A stretch of DNA of 64,000 nucleotides, from positions 18,066,628 through 18,130,627 of the forward strand of contig CM119263.1 of assembly GCA_051294375.1 (NCBI GenBank), in the 5' to 3' direction. Below are positions 1-12,100 of the stretch, piece after piece; position 1 is the stretch's first letter; each line of letters starts with the position of its first letter. Source of the DNA: Paraspadella gotoi (Eukaryota > Animalia > Chaetognatha). Made by a program: the position numbers and the translations under genes. The notes below the pieces were generated by a model. That model had not been told where the DNA came from. It saw nothing but the letters and a program-made list of their open reading frames with translations, and made no database searches.

Positions 1-116
1 AAAGCCTCTGTAATTTTCAGCCTTTAAAATTAGTTACCAATTTAGAATCCGTTCAAGCAACTACTACTAAAAGGTAATTCATACAATCCCTCGAAATTAC
101 CCTTTCAAAAGCTCAC

Positions 117-3100
117 CTCGCAAACTGCCCTTTGATGTCTCAACTCCGCCTCCAACTGCTCGCGTTTGCCGTCGGCAATGGAACGCGCCTCCGTCAAAGT
201 CTCCACATTGGCGCGAAGTGATTCGAAGGCCTCTCGAAGAAGACCCCCGAGACCAGCAACGCCCTCTGGCGATTCGATACCGAGAGACGCCAGTTCCGAT
301 GCCAGAATGTCGTTCTGGGCGGAGAGTCGCTCCTCAACTGTGCATAGTTGCTGAAGAATGGTAAATGATGTGAAATTTTAAAATTAGGTTAAAGGCTGGA
401 GAGCATACCCTAGTTTCCAATAGAAGATCGTGTCAAATAAAAAAAATGAATGGAACTCAAAGAATTTTCCAATTTTAATTTGATCATTACTATTTATATC
501 AAAATGATGCTTTAGACACTCAATGTTCCAATTTAAAAGGGCCATATCTCTATTTAAGTTGCTAATCTGAAACTAAAAGAAACGTTTAAACGACATAAAA
601 AATTGGAAAATTCATAAATTTAACCGGGTCTTTAATTCACTGACAAAGAATAAAATAGTATAAAATCAATCCTATAGCCTGAACTTGCAAAAGTTTAAAT
701 GAAATTAGGTTATTCCAATGAAAAAAAAAATAAAAACGGAACACAAAAGAAAAAAAAATAAGGAGACGACCATAATCTCTACAGGAGATTCGAGACGTCT
801 CTGGCGACGAATAGAGCGCCATCGTTCCAACCTTGATTATCGTCTTTACAACAGACTTGTTCGACACCTAAACGATTATCGAAAATCGTTACGTTTGCAA
901 TTTTAGAAACATTCCTTTAGTTAGGTGCCCACTTTATCTCACTTACTTTTTGTACTCGCTCCAACTCCTCCCTACGCTCCACGGCTTGTCGCTCGAGTGA
1001 CTTCACTGCCGCTTCCTTATCCCTGATCTCCGCTTCCGTCCGCTCCTTGCTTCTTTCCAACCGCTCCAGCTGCGAAGTCATCTCGTCTCCCCCGGAACGA
1101 AGAAGGCGCATTTCGGCTTCGAGGTCCTCGATTTGCTGGACGAGGTGGAGCTGGGTCGAGTGGGCCTGAAAGAAGGTTAAAAGGTAGAGAATTGTCATGG
1201 AATAATAGTAAATCGCTTTCAATCCAATCAATACGAATAACCACCTTGGGCGACTCCTTGGCGTGGTTCTTTAATTCTTCCTTAAGCCGATCCAATCGCT
1301 CCTCGTATTCCTCTCTCTCGGCTTCCCGTTCGATCGCCTGCTCCTCCATAAAGGCCTTGTCCGACCGGACTTGTTTCTCTAACGCCTCCACCTGTTGTGT
1401 CAGGTTGTCCACATCTCGACGGTTGTCCGTCTCCAGGGATTCGTATCTGAAAAGCAAAATACGTTTTCGCCATAATAAATCTCAGACAAATATTGCTTAG
1501 TCTTAACTCACTTATGTTGGAGATCGTCTATTTGTCTGACAAGAAGTTGGATCTGCTCGTCCCTGTTGGAAAGATCGTGGAAGCGTTGTCGTTCCAGCTC
1601 CTTCACCTCAATTGTCAAGCGTCGGGAGTCTTCGAGAAGGGCTGCGGGTTGAGAGCGATTGAGAAAGTGGGTGAGGAGAGAGAATTGCGGTATTGAGATA
1701 TAGAAAAGAAGTGGGCGTGGGGTTCCAATGAAGTGGGTCCGATGGACGTTTCAAGGATGGGATGAGGGAAAAACAAATAACAAAAAAATTCATCACGAGT
1801 GAATCTTCGGTCATGCAACGTCGTCAGACGCGAATCTTAACAAAAACATCTTTATGAAACTGGAGGGAAATTGCCAAACAAGCCAGGTTATATTTTTTTT
1901 TCGGGCATTTTCCCAAAGGATTTCTAATACACGCGCTGATTTGAGTCAACCAAATCGGCCCAATTAATTTCGCGCCATACATGAGAACGAACAACGTTAA
2001 TTTTGAAAGGTTATAAAGGTTATACCTCTCCAATACAGCCATGCAGGTATTCCTATATCTAATTCTAATCAATTCTCTACTTTAAAACAAGTTTGAGCAA
2101 ACAATGGCGGATCTGCCCACGATCATTTGCGGTAATCAGCGAATTAATTAATTTTTGATTGAATCGTCAGTGTGGAAATGAGTTTAAATAGAAAAAACAA
2201 CAAACACTTTTTTATTATGCTTTTTCTTTTCATATTAAATGCAAATTAAAGATTAATTAATTAAGTAATTAATTGATTGATAGATTAATCACATTTTATA
2301 TAAAAAGAAAAAAAAGCATAATCAAATAGTGAAACGATTTTTTAAGCTCAAAATTTCAAGTAAATCGCCCCATCCACTAATGAGTAATTGGCGCTCAAAG
2401 CTAATGGGGGGGACGGACAGACGGATATCGATTTTTTTCCATAATTTATAATAATTCGATGTTCTAAGTAACTTAGCGACAAGATTTTGGGGTTGGACCA
2501 ACGGACCGACAAAGTGAATCGTAGAGCCGGGTTCTGCTGTATGCAGCTCTGGCTAAATAAAAATCGCGATCATCATTTTCGAGTTGAAAATATAAAAACT
2601 AAGAAAAAGTGGACTAACCTTGTTCACCGGCATCCTTCTCGGACGCACCTCGCTCCTTCTCAATCTGATCTAGAGCGCCTTTTTTTTTGGTACGGAAATG
2701 CGCGAGAGAAGGTACGAATAGAGAGCGTCACCAAACGGTGAGCGACGAAACGAAATGGAAATCGGGTAGAACAAAAGATCAAGAAACATGCAAACTTAGC
2801 TCATAGAACGGTTCACAAGAAAAAAAAATCATCTGGACTCAGTTTTTCAGTATACATATGTAGATAGATAACATTGGGTGCTTTAGTGAAAATTTATAAA
2901 TAGGAAAAAAATAGTTAAGGGGAATAATCTTAGGATGTATATTAGAAAAAGAACCGCGGTGCGATTTAGCTAGTGAAATAAAACTAAAATTTAATATACG
3001 GAAAGCGATAAAGAATAATAAAAAAAAAACGGAATCGTTACTCACTCTTCTCGGCGACGGGAAGACCCTGCGCGAGTGCGTCCCTTTCTCGGGCGAGTTC

Positions 3101-6100
3101 GGCGCAGGTAGCTTCCGCCGACCGCCACTTCTCCTCGATGTCGGCCGCCTGTTGTCGGTCGACCTAATGGCAAAAGAGACGAGCCGACTCAATTTTTCGG
3201 AAATCAAAACAAACATTCACCGCCTCGTGGATCATACCTCGGCAAGAAGCAGCTTCTGCGTCGATGTTTCCATGAGATCAAGGAGGTGGAGGATGAGGCC
3301 GCCCACGCGGCGACACGATTCTGTCAAGAAAAAACTGTTTATGAAAAAAACCTAGTGTGAAGGAAGACGATTATGGTTTTGAGAAATATACCGGAAACTG
3401 CCTCCTTCTGTCGGTCTTCGAGGTAAGGTCCGGCGAAGAGGCTCCCCAGGTCGACGTCGGCACCGAGTTTCTGCGCCAACGAGACTTCGAGTCGCGGCGT
3501 TTCCGAAGATCCCAAACCCAAGGATTCTTCGTCAATCGTAAGAGTCGGAGCTGGGAAGAAAGTGTCTTGCTTGATTTGAATCGAAACTTCGAAAGGTAAT
3601 GGTCAACGCAGATGGCGTGTTGTTTTTTAACTTTTAAGATTACCAGTAGAATAATCCGAGTTCGGGGAGAGGGAGAGATCGGGCGAGGTTTCCATGTGGT
3701 CAGGTTCGGAGTAGGAATGTCGTTGGTGGACGGGACGTTGGAGGACGTGGGAGGATTTGAGATCAGGCAAGGGGTCGAGAATGAGATCAGCGGCGGTGGC
3801 AGCGGCGGACGGCGGGTAGGACGGCGAGGTGTAAGGAGGTGAGAGAGAGTTGGCTAGAGGGACGTAGTAGGCTGAAGGATCGGGGTGGTTGTGGGAGGCC
3901 AAAAATTTTTTTCCCTCCGTAACCATCGCCTGGTGGGAGGTGGGGTGTTAATAAGTAAAAATTATTAATCCAGGAGCTAATATGTGAAAAGTGTTCAAAG
4001 CGAAACTCTTTGTTTATCGTTAACTTACCTGCAGTCTGGAATTGATCGTTTCTTCGTTATGCAAATTGGAGTGAACGACGTCGGACAAGAGTTTGAGAAT
4101 GAGCTGGTTGGTCGCCCGCAAATCCCTCGCTTCCTCCTGAGCGGCCTTGAGATCCGAAACGAGACGTTCCCGAGATGCGACGTGACCGGCGTCATTGTCG
4201 CCTCCGGCGCCGTCGACCAGGATGAAGTTCGAGGTAGAGATATCACTGTTGCGGACAATCGTTGTCTTTTTCGTCGTCCTCTTCTCAGTCTCCTTCAATT
4301 TTCCTTTCAGTTCTTCGACTTCCGCCTCCTTCGACTCGAGCAGCCTCTGCCTCTCCGCCACTTCTTCGAGAAGTTGCATAAGCTGCTGCTCCTGTCGCTG
4401 TGCCCTGATCTCGTGCTCCCGGCGGGTGAGTTCCATAGATTCTTCAAGTTCGCAGCGAAGTCGGGCCTCATTCTCGTCCGCGGCCGCAGACGCGCGTTGC
4501 TGAAAAGCGAGGAGGTCCGCCTCGAAGCTGCGAGAGGCCGTCTTGACGGCTTCCTCCTTTTCTCGACGAGATAGTTGGACGAGATAGTCCTTCTCGGCCC
4601 GGTGATCTTCCTCCATCGTGCGGAGGCGAGAGTCGCGCCTCTCCACTTCAGACGCCAAATGAATAGCACGGTTGGATAAACGAGTCGTTTCCGCCTGGAT
4701 CGACGAGGAAAGAAAAGTTTAGTGTTGAAAATTAGCTTTTCTCAACCTCGTTGGCGCCGTTTGCTTTTACTCGTTGCTGACGAAGGTCCTCTTGCAGACG
4801 TCGATGCTCCTCTTGCAAGTTGGACAGCCGCGTACGCAGCTCGTTCTCCGCGTCCTTGACTCCTTTCGAGGCGGAGTTGAGAGCGGCTGCGGCGGCGGTC
4901 GCAGCTGAAAGGGGATCGACGTTGCTGCCAGAATCTGAGTCGTCCTCGGAGACGCGAGAACGGAGCGTCACCAAACGGGTCTTCATCGAGTCCATTTCCG
5001 TCGCGAGAGTCAGCAGATCCTGCATCAAAGAAATAGAAAATTGGAAAAATAAAGATGTGCTGTCGATATTTTTTTCTAAAAAATTCTTGCCCATATTTTA
5101 TTTTTTATATGGTTTCATCCGTCTTTTTTTATTCAGATCCTGCTCATTGAGTTCCTCGAGAATTCCTAACAAGAACTACAACAACAGCACTAACCCCCGT
5201 CAATTTCCTCTTCTCTTCCTGGAACTCGGCGCTTTTCCTCGCCAGCTCAGCCTCGTGCTGCTCGGCAATTCGTGTTAAACTTGCGCCGTGTTCATTGTTG
5301 ATTCGCGCGAGCTGCGTGTTGTGATCATTTTTCAGTCGCTCGGCCAACCGTATCAATTCGGAGCGGTGGGTAGACTCGAGTTCCTCCGCCGCGTTCCGCA
5401 TTTCTTCTGCATGAGCGAAGTTGAGATCTGGGGGATTAGGGAAAAAGAATACCGTAAACAAGAAAAAGGAAATAATTTAAAAAAAAAAGATAATATTGCA
5501 AAAACAATTGAAGAAAAAAGGGCGGAAGAAAGAATTTGAAACCATAGGTAGGAGAGAAAGAAAGAAGACTATCAAAAACATGTCCTAAATAAGTTATCTC
5601 ACCCTCTTTGGCCGCTTCGAAATCATCCTTTTGACGGCGTAAAACTCCCTCATGCTTTTCTTTTAAATCATCGATAAGCTTTTGTTTTTCAAGCAACGAC
5701 TCTTTTAGCGATTTCAGTTCGTCTAGAAAAATTAAAAACATAAATAGAAAATTAAATTTTACGATAAATCAAATTATTATTGTCATACTTTCCGCATCGG
5801 AATGAACGAGTTTGAGAGCCTCTTCGTGAGTGTCGTTCAATTCAGTAAATCGCCGTTCGTATTCGTTGCGTAGAATAATCTATTTAAAAAAATGTTATGA
5901 ATTAATAATTATATAGTTTATCGTAATTTGAAATATACTAAGAAAGAGCTAAAATAATATTATATTTTAAAAAGTCTTACTTTGGCGTCCTCCAATTCCT
6001 CATCGTGCTTTTTAGTCGCGTTATCTATCTCTTTACGCCACTTTTGCACATCTTCTCTTCGCTCCTCATCCGCTTTGACCCTCATACGTTCCAGTTCCTC

Positions 6101-9100
6101 CTGATGTCGCCGTTCCAGCGACTCAAGGGCCTCAAGGTTCTCGCGTTTGAGTTCTTCCACCAGAAGCTCGTGTTGACCGAGGATTTTTGCCTGAAGGATG
6201 ATGAAAAACCGGTGACCGTACAGAAAAACCAAAGATCCAGAAGAATCAAATAGAGAGGTTGAAAATTATCTCGCCCTTCACCAAATTTCAATTTGTTTAA
6301 TGTTTCTGTTCCATTATTCATATATTGATCAAATCAAGTGTAAAAATTATTCAAAACGATTACTGCTGTATCTTTCATTAATACAGATTCCAATTTAAAC
6401 TTTTTCATTTACCAAAATTCTGTATTTCGTAATCAAATTTACGAATCCCAACGGTACTAGGGGACTAAATCAAATCGGATAAATCAAGGTCTTACTTTAA
6501 AATTCCAAAGGCCACACAGAATGCCCCACGTTGTCAGCTATTGCCAGGAAAATAAAGAGTTATTAAACAAAAAATAACCTTTGAAACCCAACGGACATAT
6601 AAAATTATAACTCAGTTGTTAAAATTTTAAACAAGTGTAGTAAAAAGTTTTAAGTCACTGACGAATAAAAAAGACCGTAAAAAATGGAATGGAGATAATC
6701 GTGAGGCGAATGTAATAAAAACGAAGTTCAAAATCGCGCAGATGGAACTCGTAAAAACGGAACTGCGATATCAGGGGCGAATCGTAAGGACAAAGACCCC
6801 GCTTCACGTCTCTTCACGAAACGTTATGACTTCTACATTCGAGGGCAAAAGTGCAAAAGGTGAGAATTCTAATTTTTGACGGACCTGTTCTCGCTGTGCG
6901 TCTTCTTGAATTTGGCGGGTGAGGTCCTCAAACTCGGAGGTGAGGGCAAGTTTGGCACTTTCCATGCGCTGCTTTGTGGTCAATTCGTTGTCACCCGCAG
7001 CGACGGGCGACAAATCAACGACTAAATCAAATAAAATTACATGAAAATAGGTAAAGAAGGCTCGTTCCACAGCAAACATACCTTTTTGCAACTCCTCGAT
7101 CTGAGCTTGCTTCTCCCTCAACTGCGACTCGAGCTGATCGCGGAGTTTCGATCTTTCCTCCTCGAAGTTGCCTTCGATCTCCCGCGTCGCTTTCTCCAGT
7201 TGCGCCAAGTTGTTTTTCAGTTGATTGATTTCCTTTTCGAACTGTTCACGTTCCATCTGCCAGGAGACTCTTTCGTCGATAGACGTTTCTTCCGTCGAAA
7301 TTCCTCCTTCCAACTCCATCTTTGACTTTTCTCTCTCCATTTCTTTGATCAACGCTTTCTCTTTTTCTATCATTTTTTGAATTTTGGATTCGAACTCCTC
7401 CGTAATCTTTTTTCGTTCCTCCTATGACCGAAAAAATAAACGTGGTTGTTAACTAGAATTTAGGAAATTAAATTACTATGGTGGACTAAAATCCACCAAC
7501 CGTTTATCAGCGGCCATTGGTGCCGGAGGCAAGTCATTCGCCTCCCAACCCAAAGGTCCGGGGTTCTAGCCCGGTGGTCGCCTAGCAGTTAAGAGGGACG
7601 GGGCGCTTAACCCGCCTGTGACATGGTGTTACAGCTGATCCGAAGCTCAGGGACTGCTTATAATAAACGGTTCTGTCATTAACACATATCAATAATTACT
7701 GTCTCTTCATTGATGAGCCCGACTTCCGAACACAACAGCAACAACAACACTTTTAGGCGACATGCCTCAACCTGGCATGCACTTTCCGCCCACAAAACAT
7801 CGGCGACATGCCTCAACTTGGTGACGCACTTTCCACCAACAACAATTCACTGAAGAGACGCAACAGACTTCTCCCTACGGGAGGGGGGATGTATGGTGGA
7901 CTAAAATCCACCAACCGTTCATCAGCGGCCATTGGTGCCAGAGGCAAGTCATTCGCCTCCCAACCTAAAGGTCCGGGGTTCTAGCCCGGTGGTCGCCTAG
8001 CAGTTAAGAGGGACGGGGCGCTTAACTCGCCTGTAACATGGTGTTACAGCCTGATCCGAAGCTCAGGGACTGCTTATAATGAACGGTTCTGTCATTAACA
8101 CATCAATAATTACTGTCTCTTCATTACGATCTTTTCTTCTCAAATCTTCAAAACCATCCCTGTCCCACGACCCTTCACATAACAGACCTCGAAAAACTCT
8201 TCGTCTTTCTTCTTCATTTCGCTCATCTCGCGCACGTGTTCTTTTCGCAGAGACATCAACTCTTCACGCGCGTCGTCTTCAATCTCTTCGCGGGCCCGCG
8301 ATCGGACTTCGGCCACTCGCGCCTCCATCAGTTCCTCCACGCGGTCCAACTTTACGGCGTATTCTACGAGAAGGGAGGGGAAGAAACGGATAATTTTTAA
8401 GCATGGTATTTGAATTGAAGAGATTTGCACTGGGAATTAAAAACATGTCAACAATCCACTCATCGCTAGACAAATCGAAATTTTTGTTTATCTCAAAATC
8501 TCCAGAATCGACGCAAAAATGGCGATTATAAAATTTTCAATTAATTACGATTTACCCGAAGCACCGGAACGATTAGAACGAGATTAATGCTCACATTAAT
8601 TAATAACCAATTTAACCATTTGCACAATTACTTTCACTCATACCTTTTTCGAACTCGTTTTTGATCTTTTGTATTTCCTCCATGATCTTGCCCTCTTTGT
8701 ACTCCTCGTCCTTTTCTTCCGAAATCTCGTATATTCCGGTTCGGGAGGATGTCGAGGCCTGAGATTCGTCTTCCTTAACGTCACCGTCATCAACGTCGTC
8801 GTCTTCGCTTTCGGAGTCTGGTTTGAGAGGGTGTATGAGGTTAGGTAGGAATTTGATCTTCAGTCCGAAACACTTTAAAACTGTTACGTTAAAGAAAACA
8901 TTTGTCTGTGTTAAACAAAAACTGCCCGTGAACATGAGAAAGAGAGAGACGCCGAGAAAGCCTCTTGTGGGTTTCATTCAGGATCACACTCGAGACCGTA
9001 CGAGGAGAGCGAACGATTAAAGAGCGTCGAGACGGGGATTGTCTATCGTTTGACAGAAAGAAAAAAAAGAGAAAAAGGTAAAGTAGAGAAAGAAAGATAG

Positions 9101-12100
9101 AAAGAAAGAAAAAAGAAATAAAAAGAGAGAAAAAAGAAGGAAAGAAAGATGTTTATTTGAAAAAAAAAAGATTTTTCAAAAGACCAATAAAAAAGAAGAA
9201 GAAAAAATTCGACTCCAGACTCTTGATCGCAAGTGACTCTTAATGCATAAGTGGACAATGTCTCTAGACCTCAACTGCGCAAGTTCTGTTTCCGGTGAGT
9301 TGATTAGCAAACAAGCTTCGATTTTCTGCTTTTCCTACCTAGGAAAATGTTGATGTAGCCTTACCGAAAAAGGGAATTAAATTTTGAACTGAAGAAATAA
9401 CGTGCATAGCTGATAGAGCATTGGAACACCAACGAAGGAGACGATTAAAGGTTATAACCCTTTTGTTCCGACCTTTACGCCATCCGTTTTTCGTGAGAAT
9501 AATCAAATGAAAAGGTGCGATATTACAAGATAATTAAACGAGACTTCTTAAACGAAACTTTACTCTGGTGACAAAAATCGTAAAATCAAGCGCAGTTTTC
9601 AAGCAATCTGGTAATGTCGCCGCTGGCGATAAACGTTAAATACACTAAATACTCATTAAAACGAAAACTGACTGATCCGTCTTACAAAAAGCGACTAATA
9701 AATAAACGGTAATATGAAGGATACAACAGAGCTTACAAGCAAACATTCTTTCGCTTTACCAAAAACAAAACTAAATCTTTATTTCAAATCCCTCTTCACT
9801 GTATTTTTAGATAGTGACTAAGAAAAATATTTGGCGCCGATGGAAAACAGGAAGCGATGATCTTTAATTATCTCTCGCACCCTCTGCTCTCGAAGAAAAT
9901 TAAGAAGACACTTGTGATGTTACGACCAACACCCGACATTAAAAAACTGGGACGTCGTCGTCGTCATTCACGAAAGAATATAAATTCCCCCAACGACTCT
10001 CCAAGAAAATCATTTGCTCAAAACTTCGATTCCTTCAAGCTTCGAGATTTACCCAGCACAAAAAGACCACACTTTTCTTTCCTTTCATCCGTCAATAACG
10101 AAAAACAAAAATGAATTTCCTGATCGTCGTCGCTGCATTGGCTGCTGTTTGCAATGCTGCCCCAAATGAAAGTAAGTTTTGCTGAACCATTGTAATATTT
10201 AACCCTACTGTTTATCATAACCTGATCATTTTGCCCAATTACATTATTACTGTTATTCAACAGTTCGCATGGAAAAAGGAGAGGAGCCCTTGCATCCTGA
10301 CCACATGACAAAAGGAAATCAAAATTCCATTAACAAACCGGTGAATGAAAATATTTTAAGCAATACATAAAAATCATATATATTTGCAACAATTAATATA
10401 TAAAAAATAAAAAAACCCTAATGTAAATAGTAGTACAAAATTGATTGCGTCTCAGGTGATCGACGAACAAGGCGAATTGTGGATCCCCTTCTACAGTTTC
10501 TTTCACGGGGTATTCAACAAACAAAGCGTCCAACCAAAGCCGACCTTATCTGAGTAAGTTTAAGTTCTCAAATAAACAATGGTTAATAATATTGCGCATG
10601 GGTAAATTTAAAGTCCTTAAGATTGTCCACGATATTGTCTCCGACACAACTGCATAAACAAACTGCTAGTCTCACGAACGAATTTTTTTTGTTTTCTCAT
10701 AATTCTAACCCAAATACTTTCTCCTTAAGACCCTTCAACCGCCCAGTCCGTGAGGATTTCGACACTTCCGACGAATATTTAATGGCGGAAAATCGGTTCC
10801 ACTTCGGCTCCGAAGAATCCCACGAGTCAAAGAAGCTAGTTGCAGTTGAGGGCGATGAACATAAGGCTGCCGTTCACAGAGAACCGGTGAGCGAGAATTC
10901 GGGGAAAAATATATATTGGTTGTAGGACCCATTAACTCCCTTATATACCAATTTCACAATATTAAATTATTGCATAAAAGCAAAACAATTTTATCTTTAA
11001 TCGGTTCGTAAATGAGTAACCTAACTCTTATTATCTATATTTCCAATGTTACATTTCCAAAACCTACCCTCGTCCCAATCATCTTTCAAGGAGCACGTAC
11101 GTGACGCTGTCCTCTATAACAAAGTATTGCCAAAAAGAGAAGACTTCTCCGATTATGGCGAATATCTCGAAGAATTCAGCAAACACATCATGGAAAAGCC
11201 CAAGGACCGAAAGGCTGCCAAAAACTCGTGGTTCTCGGAATGGTTCTGATCCACGTCAACAATCACTTAAGAGGGAATGGATTTGAGGGATTGTGATTCT
11301 TTAAACTCTCGGTCGTCCTAGGAATTTAATCTAATTAAATCATATATCGAGATTGATTTATTTTTTAAATCAACTAACATTTTGAGAATTAAAACGAATA
11401 TTCATCATAACGAATATTCATCATAACATTATTGTACACTGGGGCGAGTGTGTTAAAAGATATTGAACGATTCAAACATTTTTCACACCTCATATAGAAA
11501 TTCTTCCCTCCCGTAATTATTTTTTCTTTCTCTATGCATAAATTGTTTTTCGCCGCACAATTTTCATGTTTATCATACCGCCCTTTAATTGAAAAAACCC
11601 CAATAAATTACCCGAAATTTGGATCGAGGAAATGCTGTAATAGTCGCTGGCTTGACGAAGAGATTTTTTGGGCCGAACTGTTTTGGTCTCCTTCTGCCCA
11701 GTGCTCTGGCCAGAATCGCCGAGTGAATTTAGTTTTTCCCGTTTTAGTTTACGTAATCTGTCAAAAGATCAATTATTTTTATTATGACAATGTTAGAAAA
11801 AGTATTTCAAATAAATTTTATAATAACTCTTCGTCGTTTCGTTTTTCTTACTTTGCTATTTGCTTTTGTAGATTGTCCCTCTCTCGCTCCAATTTATTTA
11901 TTTTGTCCTCAAAATGCTTGGAGATTTTTTCGATGTGCACCTCGTGCTGCTGATCCAAACGCATTAAATCCGACTCGTGCTTTATCTTCAGACTCTTCTC
12001 CATGGCTTCCTTAGAGATTTCTGGAAACAAAATAGATAACAGAAAAAGAGAGGTTTACAACTATAGCTAGATTACATGGACTCGAGAGGACGAGCAAAAA

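Larger units (their letters stand above)
7477..8123 (+). mobile_element. Non-coding miniature LTR retroelement (TRIM/LTR-retrozyme-like): LTR1 7477-7709, internal 7710-7891, LTR2 7892-8123
   Basis: Two ~233-bp direct repeats differing by 6 substitutions and 2 indels. TTAC target-site duplication at 7473-7476 and 8124-8127. PBS-like TGATGAGCCCGAC at 7711-7723, one base after the LTR1 terminal CA. Polypurine tract GGGAGGGGGGA at 7879-7889 before LTR2. No ORF. It lies antisense in intron 7422-8187. Confidence 0.9.

Noticed and set aside
389-636. Possible TTAA-flanked (Kolobok-like) MITE
   Set aside because: The inverted ends are too short and degenerate to support it.
637-906. Short ORFs in the intron between 947 and 351
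   Set aside because: The flanking exons join in phase 0 without them and no motif is recognisable.
7510-7582. Functional tRNA-Gly gene
   Set aside because: The anticodon stem is mismatched, the T-loop is atypical, and it is always embedded in the LTR.
7711-7732. Hammerhead-like TGATGAG...GAA
   Set aside because: There is no CUGAUGA, stem II or GAAA, and the sequence is better explained as the PBS.
9265-9340. Minus-strand exon candidate (EKQKIEACLL...)
   Set aside because: Its phase is incompatible, and exon 11757-11612 joins 8817 directly.
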